The notes: generated by a model not told the origin, from the letters alone. Positions 39,108-52,313 are shown, numbered from the whole stretch's first letter. The stretch: 59,686 nt of DNA, filler included, from Sphacelaria rigidula (GCA_964200075.2; 8 parts of 8 records of this genome joined end to end with filler, not necessarily neighbours in it); one strand, 5' to 3'. Made by a program: numbers and translations.

Positions 39108-39225
39108 GGCCGAAGCGAAGACAATGGACCGCATGTACGTTTCGCTCGGCGAAGACTTCTCGCGGATTAGCCTACCCCAGAGCCGAGTGTCTAGCAAGAG
39201 GCTTCTCATCATGTCCTACGTCGAG
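39108..39225 (+). CDS. ABC1/UbiB kinase exon
   Basis: AEAKTMDRM..KRLLIMSYVE; AG/GT. Confidence 0.9.
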
Positions 39226-39609
39226 GTGAACAGAAGGGGCAGCGATGGCGGCTGTCGGGTTCGGTGCGACTGACGTAAGATGGCGAAGCGGAACTTTCGG
39301 CGATTCCGACGGAACCATGATGTTCGAGGTATCCCCTCTTTCGTGTCTTTGAGCGAAAACATCACCGTAGTCGCCTGATCTGCAACATGCAGCAACGGAG
39401 TTAATTAAGGACGTGTGCTGAAGATGGTCGGAAATCGCGTCACGCTACTTCAAGCAGTGGTGGTCGGCACTCCCTTTTATTTATGTTGTATCGTCCCCCC
39501 CCCCCCCCCCCCCCCCCCCCCTCCCCCCCGTCTCTTCTCCTCACCAATCGTTTTGATCGTCCACAACCCTTTCATGCGCGTGCGGTCATACGCCATACTC
39601 CCTTTGCAG

Positions 39610-39732
39610 GGCGAGTCGTTAGCTCAGCTCAAGCGTGGGGGAAAGGAGCGGTTCAAGGCCGCCCGGAAACGCATCGGAAAGCACCTGTTGCACGAACTCG
39701 CAAGCGCGTGGGGACATATGATATTTACAGAA
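39610..39732 (+). CDS. ABC1/UbiB kinase exon
   Basis: GESLAQL..AWGHMIFTE; AG/GT. Confidence 0.9.
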
Positions 39733-40230
39733 GTGCGGAGGTTGGCTCTTGTTGCCTGTTGCCTGTTGGATGCAATTCACTCGCACGATTGTATCCAACC
39801 GCTCTGAGAGCCACGCGGTTTGCTGATCGCCGCTGCTTTGCTTGATCTTTTTTCAGGTTCTGCTGTTCGACCTTACACCTGGCATACGATCCCGTAACCG
39901 TAACCGTTTCCCTTGATGTAGAAAAACACGCTTGGAAATAGTCAACGGTTTCCGTCGCCCTACGTGAGAGCACGTGATGTTTGCGGCATGTGCGGTTGAC
40001 CCAGTAATAGCCGGGCATTTGCCTTTTGTCACCGCAGGACTCACGTACCCACAACCGTCATGGGGGTACTTGTAGCTGATAAGCTCCGTGGTATCTTGAC
40101 TTCCTTAATTCTTTGTCGATGTTGAATCAGAAGACGCTGAATTGAACGCGATAATCAGGCGCTTGAATCGGAAGGCACATGCGATTGAGCATGCGCTGTC
40201 TCCACGCGTCGCGTTTGCCGACGACCGCAG

Positions 40231-40338
40231 GGTCTCTTCAACGCCGATCCTCACCCGGGAAACATCCTCATCATTCCGGACGAAAAAGTGGGGCCAATAA
40301 AGCGTGTATTCGCGTTGCTGGGACTCAGAACACCCAAG
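40231..40338 (+). CDS. ABC1/UbiB kinase exon (catalytic loop)
   Basis: GLFNADPHPGNILI; strong donor aag/gtaagg; a weaker in-frame donor lies after 40287. Confidence 0.9.
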
Positions 40339-40899
40339 GTAAGGGACCAGCCACTCGGGTCATAGTTTTGCGGCGTTCCCCCTGCTCACTGCCTGTGCGC
40401 GCTCAAGCGTGTGGCGATCATGTAATGTAGGTTGTGAGGACTGTAGACACGGCCGCACCCGATGATGAAACTGGTTGAACGTCTGCCAGGTCGGGCGGAG
40501 TATGGTCGTGGGTTAGGATATTAGCTCATTTCACTACGTCGTAAGAACGTGGGTTGACGAAGAATACCCGATGAAGAACAACGGGTTGGGAGCTGTTCTG
40601 ATCCCATGCTTGGTTACATTTTGCGCAAGGCAGGTACAGTACCAGGGGAGAGATGAGTTGATCTTGGGAGAACACGGACCGGATCGGACCCGACGAAGTG
40701 GAAGGTTGAAAGTAGTAGAAACGAGCAAAAGAAAAAAGGCCACCTCTCCTCTTTTGAACTGTCGTTTCTGCCTGCGGAGAGCAGCGGAACCAGTCTTCGG
40801 GGTCTTCCATCGCCTGCGCTTTGACGTATATTGTACTGCGTTGTGTCGGCGTTGTTCATGTTTTTGTTCGCTGTACTGTGTTGTCTTTGCCGTCGACAG

Positions 40900-41018
40900 T
40901 TGCGAATAGGACTGCTAGATTGGGGCCAGACGAAGGAACTCCGGCGAATAGACCGCGAAAAAGTGGCGAACCTCATCCTGGCCGTCAGCAATCGGCAGAG
41001 CAACGAGATCGTCTCATG
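40900..41018 (+). CDS. ABC1/UbiB kinase exon
   Basis: LRIGLLDWGQTKEL; AG/GT. Confidence 0.9.
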
Positions 41019-41328
41019 GTAAATTTTTCTCGTCTTCGCTGATAGTGTACGCATGATTGTACGGGTCAATCGGCGTCGCGACGAAGCAGGGTCGTCCACT
41101 GCGCATTTTTGCAACAAGAAAAAGAAAGAAGGGAGAGGTAGGCATTTTAGCTAGAACGGAGGATTTGAAAACAACCTCAAGCAATCATACTCCGATAATT
41201 TTGTGCGGTTAATTCGGCGGAAAGAACGCGGAGACTGCGTGAATCCCTCTTGCCCCTGCATGCCTTTAACAAGGCGCTGACCTGAAGTAACCAATGTTTG
41301 TTGGTATCGCTGCACCTCGCATTTTTAG

Positions 41329-41422
41329 TTTCAACAAGCTGGGTGCAAAGCTCAGCAATCCCGATGATGCGGACAGCATAGAGAAGCTGGCGCTCGTCAT
41401 GTTCGACACAAGAACGATCAAG
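41329..41422 (+). CDS. ABC1/UbiB kinase exon
   Basis: FNKLGAKL..KLALVMFDT; phase 2 junction fits the preceding exon. Confidence 0.87.
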
Positions 41423-41789
41423 GTGAGAGGGAAGCGACCCCTTCCGAGAATTCATTATTGTACTGTTATGGGTGGGACTGGGGCCCGATGATGGGTACTC
41501 TATTTGGGGAAATGAATCACGAACACTACATACGCAAGAAGTGGACCGTGATCGGGCGAATCATATCGATAAAAAATACACGCGGCACCTAAAAACAACG
41601 ACCTGGCTCATATGAAATGTACTAAAAACATGGTACACATCTTCAAGCCTGTGAGCGCTCGGTGTCGAGATGATATTGTTCCTCCGGATAACTCGCTCCA
41701 GATCAGTGGGGGGGAACTCTTGGCGCACTAGTGCTCAGCTGTTGTACTACTCGGGAAGCGCACGCCTCCGAGCTACCACCCCACGTTCA

Positions 41790-43400
41790 CCACCATTGCG
41801 AAGACAACAAGAGAAGAAGACGAACAGCAGCACTTGTGGCCGCCACACACCAACGCAACTGAAGTGAAAGGCGGGCCTGACATCCTGCTATAACGAGAAA
41901 GTACAGAAATTTGGATACCATGAGCAGCAGCGTCGCGCATGTGGAAAGTACTGAGGGCGATGTTGATGTTGACGGTCAAGAGTTCCAACCTGTTTGGATT
42001 GGCTGCGCGCTGCATGTCCTACACATAGCTATGACTGCGGGATCGGACAGTGACTTTGTTTTGGGCCCCATGGGGTCAGGGTCATGGCATGAGAGGGAGG
42101 AATCCTATCTTGTCAGTCGCGTGGGCATGGGCTGGTACACTCTGTCCAGATCAACATCTCGAACGTCAACTTTCCCCTGATTTCAAAATCTCGTGAGGGG
42201 CGAAGTTGGACAAACGTGACGAAAAAAGTTGAGAGGCCAGCAGAGACGAGATGGATGGTGATATGGGAGTGGGCGAGGTGAATTGGTTGGTCACCGACTG
42301 CGCTCCTTCCCGCCTGTATAGTGTCCCGTTTTAACAGCAAGTTGGCTAAAGTCGCATAACTTATATGTTACTTGTAGTATGTACAGTCACGTGAAACATC
42401 GTTGCTGTGCCGACCCTGTCATACATAGCCAGTGCGTCATCAAAGATAAAAGTCGCTATACTCGTAGACGCCTTGGGTTTTGTCTCGAAAACGTCTGTCA
42501 CAAGATAGCCGTATTTCATCGATAAACTCGTCCTCTACAAGTCAAGGGATGAATGAGCATTCGCTCATGATATGTGAGGTTGTCTTTTGTGCACATCCCC
42601 ACAGAACAGAGCAGCACATGGCGGACCGCCACCAAAGGAAGTGTCATGACATTGGTTGGTGCCAAAAAATAGCATTTGGTCGAAGATGTAAGTTGGTGTA
42701 AATCGCATGGTTTACATATTCTTTCTAGTATGCAAAGGCAATCAGTTGAAACATCGTGGCTCTGCTGACCTGTTCGTACATATTCAGTGCGTAATCTATA
42801 ATAAAAATCGCTCTTGACGCCCTGGTTTCTCCGCTGGAACCGTCAGACACAACAGCCGAAGTTCATGTGTTACGGCGCCCTCTGCAACTCAATACATGAA
42901 GGGTACTCGCTATTGAAAGGCTAATTTGCCCATTGTGCACAGCGTACAGAACGAAGCAGCACCTGGTGGCACGCCACAAAGTGAAACACCGTCACACATT
43001 GCTCCTTGCAAGGAAAAACAAGCAGCCCAAAACGAAGCTTGTCGAACGTCGCATAGTTTACATATCACTCTTATATTAGTATATTTAGACAAAAACTATA
43101 TACATCATCCCAGACAGTCGCCAGCAGATGTAAGGCAGTGCACGTACTACAATCGCTCTAGACGCCTCGGCTTCTGCACTGGAGCTCTGACACGAAGCAG
43201 CCGCTAGCTATGTCGTCCTTCTGTGAACTCCTCCTCTGAAATTCGACGCTTGAAGGGATACTCGCTGTTGAAAGGCGAAGTTGCCTTTTGTGCCCAGCCG
43301 CAAAGAACTAAGCAGCAGCGCCTGTCGGCACGCCACCAAACTGCATGTCACAACTTGCTTGCGGCAAGAAAAAATAACATGCGCACCGATTTTTTTAATT
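41790..43400. repeat. Intronic repeat with three diverged ~350-bp subunits
   Basis: Recurring aaatcgctct.gacgcct and t.ctcgct.ttgaaagg motifs near 42450, 42805 and 43150; related to 14310-14800. Confidence 0.6.
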
Positions 43401-44530
43401 CGCCATGTTGGACCTCTAACAACGCTACTAATCCTCAACCCGTGCCGATCGCGCAACGCGGAGAACTCGGTGACGAAGCAGAGGATTGGACAGCGGTTTC
43501 TTGCGTGCGCTTCCCACACCCCCAAGCTAGGTCAACTAGTGACACTTTTTTCGTTTAAGCGTGATACCGAGCCGCAACGAACCCGAACGTACAAAAATGA
43601 GGTGTTTTGCGCTCTGGGGGGGGCGGGGCTCGCCGCTGACGCAACGCCAGAAAAATATGAAATTTAAATTCCCTAGATCATGTGTGTATGCGGGGGTCTG
43701 TGAAGTGCCGTGAACTCGTTTGCTCCCTGTGTCGAGAACCGCGTGATCTCCGACGCTACAGCTGTCCCATAGTAAATCGAGTGTATAAGTGATGAAGCGT
43801 GCGTTCTGTTCGAAACGTCGAGAGGGCCTCGGCACAGGTGCGACCACCTACTGACGTGTTCATTATTCCAACGCGTTTCTGATTATTTTTAGTTTGCCGC
43901 TGATTTTTGGTCGTTAGGCCCTCCAGTCCCACCCATAACTGTATACAGGAAGTGTGTTCTTGAGGGTACGGTACATAATCTCGCTTGGTGTAACGTGTAA
44001 CGAGCTATCGACCGTACGACAGCACACGTACACGGGACAACTTCGTGCTGCACGCGGCAGCACCCGTTTATTACTTGCGCGAGTTCCTCTCCTGAAAAAA
44101 CATACTACCTCCTGTACCTGGTTGTATCCATGGCGTAGTTGCCTACTGTGCTGTTTTATCAGCTTGAGGGGCTGTGGTCCAAATTTGAAACACATCACAC
44201 GCAACAATGACGAAAGCTGCCATGCTGTTGACCGCTGAAAAATGCATAATGTGAAAACGAAAGACGCCACCGGTTCCGTTCTATGCCTGGACTTGGGCTT
44301 TTCCATCAGTTGAGAGGGTGCACTTGCTGTGCGAAAGGGGTTGTGCTGCACTTCACAGCAGGAGCAACGGTCCCTGCCGTTATGCAGATCTAATGTTCGC
44401 TCAATAAGTTACACTTGCTTCGCGCATGGAAACCGTCTCTGACCCATCGCTTCTGTGACTGCGAGCCGTTCCCTCTTTGGTGCTCCACGGCTGACTTTGA
44501 CGTACCGCGCGTGCTGCTGTGGCAACGCAG

Positions 44531-44650
44531 GGGCTGGATTTCAACCCGTTCTCAAGCAACAACGTACTGAAACTCAACGCCGTGAAGGAGTACCCGCAAG
44601 AGTTTTACTTCGTCCTGAGAACGGTGCTCATGTTTCGCGGAATGGCACAG
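44531..44650 (+). CDS. ABC1/UbiB kinase exon (C-terminal lobe)
   Basis: GLDFNPFSSNNVLKLNAVKEYPQEFYFVLRTVLMFRGMAQ; cag/gtagg. Confidence 0.85.
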
Positions 44651-44740
44651 GTAGGATGCCGAGGCGTGTTGATCACTTTTCACGGTTAGGACAAATCATC
44701 ACGACTCAAAATCACCAAATTCACGATTTCTTCGATCTGA

Positions 44741-44840
44741 NNNNNNNNNNNNNNNNNNNNNNNNNNNNNNNNNNNNNNNNNNNNTTAATTAATTAANNNN
44801 NNNNNNNNNNNNNNNNNNNNNNNNNNNNNNNNNNNNNNNN
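44741..44840. other. Artificial contig spacer
   Basis: Same 100-nt linker. Confidence 0.99.
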
Positions 44841-44911
44841 TTTGTAGGGATGCGAGGTCAATGGTCTTATGACTATGGCATGCATGATCATGAGTACACC
44901 CCCGCCCCCCC
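44841..44911 (+). mobile_element. Type-B 3' tail ending in a C-run
   Basis: tttgtagggatgcgaggtcaatggtcttatgactatggcatgcatgatcatgagtacacccccgcccccc. Confidence 0.9.
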
Positions 44912-45194
44912 TCAGGGGGCCAGGTGTTGCCTATGCAGGAGTGCAACAACACAATTTGAACAAAACAATCGGATCAAGAACCAAAATTAAAAACAGAACT
45001 GCAAAACAAACAAACGGGGCGCATACAAACACGTATTTACAAGCAAAACAACAGGTTTCGTCCCGATCACTAAACAAACGAATTGAAAAGCACCACATAG
45101 GACAAAAGGCAAAATTGTAATATACACATACAACAGCAAAAAATAAGGTCAACGGCAAAGCAAAAATTGCACATCTCATTATTTATTACTCCAC

Positions 45195-45415
45195 CTCCCG
45201 GATGTGTAGCTCGAAGGGCCGCTGGATACAAAGGCCGTAGGGGTCCGATCGTCCCTGTACCAAGCGTCGTTTTTCAGCTCGTCGTCCTGCGTGCGACCCC
45301 CGATCAGGATCACTTTCTGTTTGAAGTACACCCCTACTGAGTGGGTGCGAGCTCCCGGGTTTATCTTGCAGCGCAGGCCGCCAAGGGCCTCCGACATGTC
45401 CGCAATGGAGGTTAC
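45195..45415 (-). CDS. Exon of a Kelch-repeat-like protein
   Basis: PGARTHSVGVYFKQKVILIGGRTQDDELKNDAWY fits the Kelch GG..ND.W pattern; AG/GT. Confidence 0.72.
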
Positions 45416-45839
45416 CTTAAAGGCGGGAATCGTTTTCGTTGTAACGGAAAACCAGGAGAGAAAAAAACGGGGAAATCTGTCTTGTCTTGAATATTTTTAC
45501 CGCGTCGACCTAGACCCGAATGTTTTGTAGCGATCCTGGGGAAAAGACAAGTAAGGATCGTTCGGATGTGTACCGAATACGGCATGCTGGTCCATCTCCA
45601 TGGGTTCCCCTGATCTGATGTCGTGGTTGGTTTTGCTATTTCGTCACCGCTAAGTATTGTTGTTTCACACATAGACAGTGGTTTGATGCAACAAAATGTC
45701 CATTTATGTGCGCGTCGTGTGCGCAGGAAAGCATTGTGCGGATGAATCAGCGAACATAATGACTCTGCAAGCAAGGTCAGGATGGCTGGAACGGCTTCAT
45801 CGTCACTTCGTGTCAGTTCTTGCTGTGTATCATGACACA

Positions 45840-45896
45840 GGGGAGTGTACTCATGATCATGCATGCCATAGTCATATGACCGTTGACCTCGCATCT
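45840..45896 (-). mobile_element. Type-B 3' tail
   Basis: Minus strand gatgcgaggtcaacggtcatatgactatggcatgcatgatcatgagtacactcccc. Confidence 0.85.
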
Positions 45897-45950
45897 CTTT
45901 CCCTTCTTCTCTTTCTCTACATTTGTACCTTTCCTTTTCCTCTTTTTTAA

Positions 45951-46548
45951 ACCTACTATAACACAGCCCGGATATGGACATGAAATACAGAAGTTAACCC
46001 TCCTTTTTGTTTAACCTACCATAACACAGTCCGGACATAGACATGGAATACAGAAGCTAACCCTTCTTTTTCTTTGACCTACCATAACACAGTCCGGACA
46101 TAGACATGGAGTAAAGAAGCTAACCCTTCTTTTTCTTTGACCTACCATAACACAGTCCGGACATAGACATGCAATAAAACAGCTAACCCTCCTTTTTATT
46201 TAACCTAGCATATCACGGCCTGGACATAGACATAAAATAGAAAAGCTGACCCTCCTTTTTGTTGAACCTACCATAACACAGCCCGGACATAGACATGAAA
46301 TAGAAAAGCTGACCCTCCTTTTCGTTTAACCTACCATAACACAGCCCGGACATCGACATGCAATAGAGAAGCTAACCCTGCTTTTTATGTAACCTACGAT
46401 AACACAGCCCAGATATAGACATGGAATAGAGAAGCTAACCCTCCTTGAATTTAACGTACCATAATGCAGCCCGGACATAGATATGAAATAGAGAAGCTGA
46501 CCCTCCCTTTTTTTTTAACCCACCAAAACACAGCCCAAACATGAACGT
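45951..46548 (+). repeat. Minisatellite, ~10 copies of a 62-63 bp unit
   Basis: Unit aacctaccataacacagyccggacatagacatg.aata.agaagctaaccct.ctttt repeated head to tail. Confidence 0.95.
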
Positions 46549-46899
46549 GAAATCGCGAAACATAAGAGATCTACTCTCCCATATCAAGTCGGAAAACAAC
46601 CGAGATTCTCCCCCCAATATCATAACAAACGCAAGACAATAATATAAGCCACAACCTAGACATGTAAGTAAAAGCGTGAAGCTTGGCCACCGCACATGCA
46701 AATCAAAAATACAAAATACAGAACAAGAACGGGTAGGATAGGGTCATCACCTCCTCCATGTCAAACGCCCATGGAGGTTGGGGTCTCGTGGTGAGATCCC
46801 CGTAAAACCTCACCGGTTTCCATTGGGCGGTGGAAGTCTGGTCAGACATTTCCAGAAATGTCCGACATTAAGTGCAAACGGCGTCAAATGAAGGGAAGG

Positions 46900-49800
46900 G
46901 GTGGATAATGCATGACATAAATGTCAAGACCTACTGCACTCATGAAATAAACACCTTACACATGACCGACCACATGACCTACGAGACGGAGCACCAAGCG
47001 GTACGTAGACTTCTTGAGATCTTGAAGGATAGAAGCTGGTACAAAGTGTGGGGGCATCGTTGGCCAAGCTATCGGCAGCGAAGGTCTACTCGGAAGCATC
47101 AATGGAGTAGTGACCCATAGTGAATCGTACACGGAGTGGGAAAAGTGATGTACGGAACATCCCGATGTGAGGAAGACCTTGTGTCATGCAAGCCGTCCTT
47201 GAACCTTACACGGTAAACATAAATGACCTCCCTCAAGGAAAGTAGCCAGTACAGCAGCGGGGCAAGAAGATAGAAGAAACGATCGTGGGACGCCTGGATG
47301 GTTCAGATGGTTTACCATGAAAATCGCCTGGCACAAACGAGGGGTACTTGTGTCAGAGGTGTTGAACTTGACTTCAGGCCACCGGCCCCTGTTGGAGGCA
47401 TTATTTAATGTCGGTGAGCCAGCAAAAGAACTGGAAGACACCAGACCCCCAACGAGTGCTAGGATTGCGATGTCCCAGTACGCTGACTACATCCCACCAC
47501 AACAATCAAAATGAACAAGCTGGAGATACTCTAAAGAGATCGAGAGAGAGAGAGACGGTAAGGAAGGGCGGATGGAAAAGTAAAGAGTGGTCGGGTGACG
47601 TACTAGTAGTGCTGGTATTCGGAGTACGTAGCGACAGGATGATGATAGAGTTCAAAAGGAAATACGATGGAGTTGGACTATACTGTTTGGCAATAGGAAT
47701 AGTAGAAAAGGAGGGGAGGGAGAACACTTTCGGGTCACGCTTTAATAGAGCACGAGCAAGTAGTGGGGAAGGACAGATACAATCAAGGTGTCAACATGGG
47801 TTAGAAGGGTAGGAAAGAGAGTATGCATTGCTAATGAAACAGCAAACGTGAGGCGTAGTCCACGGGTAAGCGGAGAAAAGGAGAAGCAGGAACAAGCAAT
47901 TGCCCGGGAGGGGAAGGGGAAGGGAAATAGCGGCCCGAAGCAAATAGACGAAGAACAAACCGGAAACGGGAATAACAATCAAGCAAGGGAAAATTGAAGT
48001 AAAAACGACGGAGAGAGAACAGTATACAAAAGAAGAGTAGATGTTAATTCGAAACGGAAGTAGAAAATAAGATCGCGGAACATGTGTGGATTTGCCACAG
48101 ACGAGCGCAAAAGAGTACAAATAGCTGAACAACCAAGTAACCACGGCCTAGATACAGTGGGTATACAAGGGTCATGGGAGAAAAGGGGGCGGAAATAGGA
48201 TGCAAAGTTGAAGAGTACGTATGGATAGGGCAAAAGCGGACGGGACAGAAGCTCAAGGTCAGGGGAGCGGGGGAAGTAGGATTCTCAGTCAAGGAATGTC
48301 TGTGTGACATCATAGAAGTGATCGAAGACACAAAATTCGACGAGAGCATATGAACAAGATCACAAGGAGAGTGGGGAACGAAATACTTCTCGTAGGGAAC
48401 ACCTATATGCCCCCAGCACCGATGAGCACGGTGAAAGATATATAGCGGAGGATAGGAGAGATAGTAGCAGATGTACAGAAGTATAAAAGGCAATGAGAAG
48501 TGATGTCAGCGAGAGACTTTAATGCAAGGGTTGGAAAAGCGGGTCGCCCAGGTGATATCATGGGACAATACGGGAAAGATAAGAAGAACACCAATGGGAT
48601 CGAAATGCTGAAGTCCTGGAGAACAAGGAGATAGAGACGCTGAACGGGAGATCACAAAAACCAGAGGCGCGATGGACACAGACTATGAGATGCAAAAACG
48701 AGAGAGAATTCTCCGTTCTTGACAATATAGTGGTAGAGCATGGGAATAGCAAAGGCATGGCAGCACATGTACGCGCAGAGCACGTGGGAACAACTGATCA
48801 CTGCCAAACATGGACAGAAAGCTAACAGAAAAAAGCTAACAGAAATAGCCGAGGTAGAAATTTTTACAAGTAGAGAGTCGATAACCTAAAAATGTAAGAA
48901 AATTAGCAATAGTTCCAAGAAGAGATGACCAAGGGTGCAGTGAAATTTTCCGAGCTGTTGGAACGCACAGGTACACTTGATACCGAAATGGAAAGGGATC
49001 AGGCAGGAGCGAAGATTATAGAAGGATGTGAGCAGTTGGTCAAGAACGCAGCGAGTAAAGTCATCGAGAACAAACTGATCGTATTCAACGGAGCAATAAA
49101 ATGGTGGGATGAGGGAGTAAAAGAGGCTACAAAGGTAGGGAGAGAAGCCCACGCAAGATGCATATCGAGTAAAACCATGGTAGGATGGGAGGAGTATACT
49201 GAAGCTCTAAAGGAAGTAACAAAGATTATGAAGAAGAAAAAGAAGGGAGTTTGGGACGATGTAGTGAATAAAACAAATGAATATTTCGATGGCGGGATGA
49301 AAAGAAGGTGAGTAGGGATGAAAGGGATGATGGGAAACAAGGCAGGAACGATAGACAAGGGGATATTCACACTACGGGCACAGAACGACAAAATGGTCAG
49401 TACTTCGACGGGAGAGAGAGAAGTGCTAGTCAAGCACTATCGTATACTAGGAACACCAAAAACTAACACGAAATTCGACACGGAATTCGAGAAAGAAATC
49501 TACGTGTGGGCAGGGGCGAATGTAGAGGCGTCAAAACGGGATGATGGTGGCTTCAAAGAATTGCAGAGAGACTTTACCAGAGATGAAGTAAAGGAGTGTG
49601 TAGCTTGTCTCAAAACAGAAAAGCAGCAGGGGTGGACAGAATAGTGAATCAACTTCTCAAGCGCGGGAGAGAGGGAATGCTGATCATGATGGTTATGCTG
49701 TATATATGGGGAAACGAGTATACACCCAAGAGGTGAAGAAGAGGAGTAGTCGTCAACCTTTTAAAAAAAGGAGACGAGGCTGGCGCAGGGAATGATAGAG

Positions 49801-51655
49801 GACTAAAGCTACTGAGCAACGTAGGGAAAACATCCTGTAAGATTCTAAATGATAGAGTGGGAACGATGATAGAAAATGAAGAACATATCAGTGAGGGACA
49901 AGCAGGTTATAGACCAAAACGTAGTTGCGTAGACCATGTGTACACACCAAGTAAGATTATTCAAGGTAGGAAAGACACCGCGCTGACAACGTATTGTTTC
50001 TTTTTGAGCGTACAAAAGGCCTATGGCACAGTATGAAGAAATGGGCTGTGGAAGAATATGTGGGAAACTGGGATCAGAGGAATGATCTGGAGAATTGCAA
50101 AGAAGATGAGATAACGTGCAAAAAGCTTTTTGATGCTAGACGGGGGAATATCGAAATATGTTGATATTTTACAAGGACTTGCACAAGGATGTACGTTACC
50201 ACCCACTTTATTCAAGGTATTTATCGATGACCTGATAATAGCAATACAAGCAGCAAAGCAAGGAGTCAAGGTGGGAAAAGATACGGTATCGGGATTAAGG
50301 TTCGCGGATGATTTTGCGGGGGTATTAGAAACACCAGAAATAATACGGAAGTAAGTAGAGAAGACACTAGAATACACTAGGACATGGAGAGTGGCAGCAA
50401 ACGCAAAAAAATGCGCTGTACTCGTATCTAACGAAGATAAGAAGAATCCGGGAGAGTTCAAATGGAAGTGGGGAGAAGGGGAACTGCCGATCGTAGACCA
50501 GTAGGCATACCTTGGCGTAGAGATACAAAAACACTGTTCTTGGGGATGTACACATAAACAAAGTAATATAGAAGGCTGAGACACAGATAGGCAGGATGAA
50601 CGTGATCCCCAGAGACTCACCTAGATACTAGGATTGAGAGATGTATCCTGATGAACGTGATCGTACCAAAGCTGGAATATGCAGGAGAAGTATGAGAGGG
50701 GAACGTGAAGATGGTGAAGAAGCTGGAAACAGTACAGGAGGCAGCAGCCGAGAACACACTTGGATGCTCGAAAACAACGAGAAATGTAGCATTGAGAGCA
50801 GAGTTGGTGGTGTATAGTCACTTAAAACAAACAGATATGGGAAAATTGAGATGGTAATATAGCGTTAAAATTCTGCAGATGAAGAGATTGCCAGCTGTGT
50901 TTGTAGGACTACATGGAAGAAGGAAACGAAAGGGCAGACTGGAATAAGGCGGGATAGAAAAGTCGAGAAAGTATGGAAGGAGATTGGAGGGAACCAGGAC
51001 GAAATAGTGTCCACAGATGAAGGCGCGGGGTACAAGACCAAAGTAAGAGACATGATAGAATTAAGGGAAAAATAAACGCTCAGACGCAAAGTAGACGAGG
51101 AAGAACACCTGGAGATATACGGGGGTTGAGAAAGGGGATCGGGATGAAAGCATATTTGCATGGCCCAATGAATGCGGCTAACATTTTGAAACTGCGATTT
51201 CGGGTGGGGGACCTGGACCTGCCAGAGAGGAGAAATAGGCACGCTAGTAGTCGAGAGGAGGAGAAAGTAGGTGGGCAGAACTGCCTCTGTGGCAAAGCAA
51301 TAGAGAGCAGAAGTCATATAGTGTCAGAATGTGAACTATACAAGGAGGAACGGGACGCGCTAGAGCGGCAAATGCGGGACGTAAACGAACGTGGCATGAA
51401 CTCGTTTGGTGCATTAGACAGTAGAGAGAAAACGAAGGCCATACCAGGAGGTAGATGGTGGCCACAGAAGGCGGAACAGAACGGGGATAAGATATGTAAA
51501 AGGTTTTGTGTAAGGTGTTGAAGAAGTGGAATGGGCACCAAGATGTTGGAGCTGTCTCTCTCAGGAGTAAAAACGGTGCTCCGTCTCGAAAGGGATACGT
51601 GGTCAAGGATCAAACGACTAAGGCAAGCAATAAACAAGAACCCGCCCCCTCTCCT
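46900..51655 (+). mobile_element. Decayed non-LTR retrotransposon (APE endonuclease, RT, C-terminal CCHC); 5' boundary uncertain
   Basis: APE motifs (GIQGSW, DFNARVG, TDH); RT motifs (QAGYRPKRSCVDH, QKAYGTV, GLAQGCTLPPTLF, FADD, YLG); CLCGKAIESRSHIVSEC; many stops; lies antisense in an apparent intron. Confidence 0.93.
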
Positions 51656-51745
51656 TCTGGTTGCTTCCTCTGCCTCTCCCCTCGCTCATCCCGTAACACA
51701 CAAAACAATGGCGACAACGCAGCACACCCAAGACACGTAGCACAC

Positions 51746-51922
51746 CTGAGACACTTCTCCTAAACCGGGCACGTCTGGTGAGTCCCCGAGCGCTTCAATG
51801 TAAGTGCACCCGTCCCACCCGTCAATAAGCTCAGCAAGGTCCTCGGTCTCCTCTTCTTCTTCGTCCGCCCCCGTGTAGTCTACGCCGTACCACTTGGCGT
51901 ACTGGTACGTCGGGTTACCACC
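51746..51922 (-). CDS. Upstream exon, probably of the Kelch-like gene
   Basis: 177-nt open AG/GT exon GGNPTYQYAKWYG..GWDGCTYIE..GEVSQ; phase 0 is compatible with 45415. Confidence 0.6.
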
Positions 51923-52213
51923 CTTGGGGATTTGTTTCCGTTGCGGTTGTGCGCATGCCCGCGTGCGTGTTTTCGTTTTTGTATCATGGATGAAGAGCAG
52001 GAGGAAGAAACGATAGAGGGGGAAGAGGGAAGGGGGAAGGGGGAAGGGGTGGTGGGGTGGGGGTGTACTCGTGATCCTGAATGGTTGCCGCCGCGCCCCG
52101 GTGGTGTAATCGTCCGACTATCGCCATTAGGGTGGAGAGAACGAGGGTTTGATTGCCGATGCGTTGTTTTTTTTCTTCGTAATGCCTGATTTCCACCGTG
52201 GAAAGCGTGAGAA

Positions 52214-52313
52214 NNNNNNNNNNNNNNNNNNNNNNNNNNNNNNNNNNNNNNNNNNNNTTAATTAATTAANNNNNNNNNNNNNNNNNNNNNNNNNNNNNNN
52301 NNNNNNNNNNNNN
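52214..52313. other. Artificial contig spacer
   Basis: Same 100-nt linker. Confidence 0.99.

Noticed and set aside
45951-46548. CRISPR-like array
   Set aside because: The whole unit repeats with no unique spacers, there are no cas genes, and the context is a eukaryotic intron
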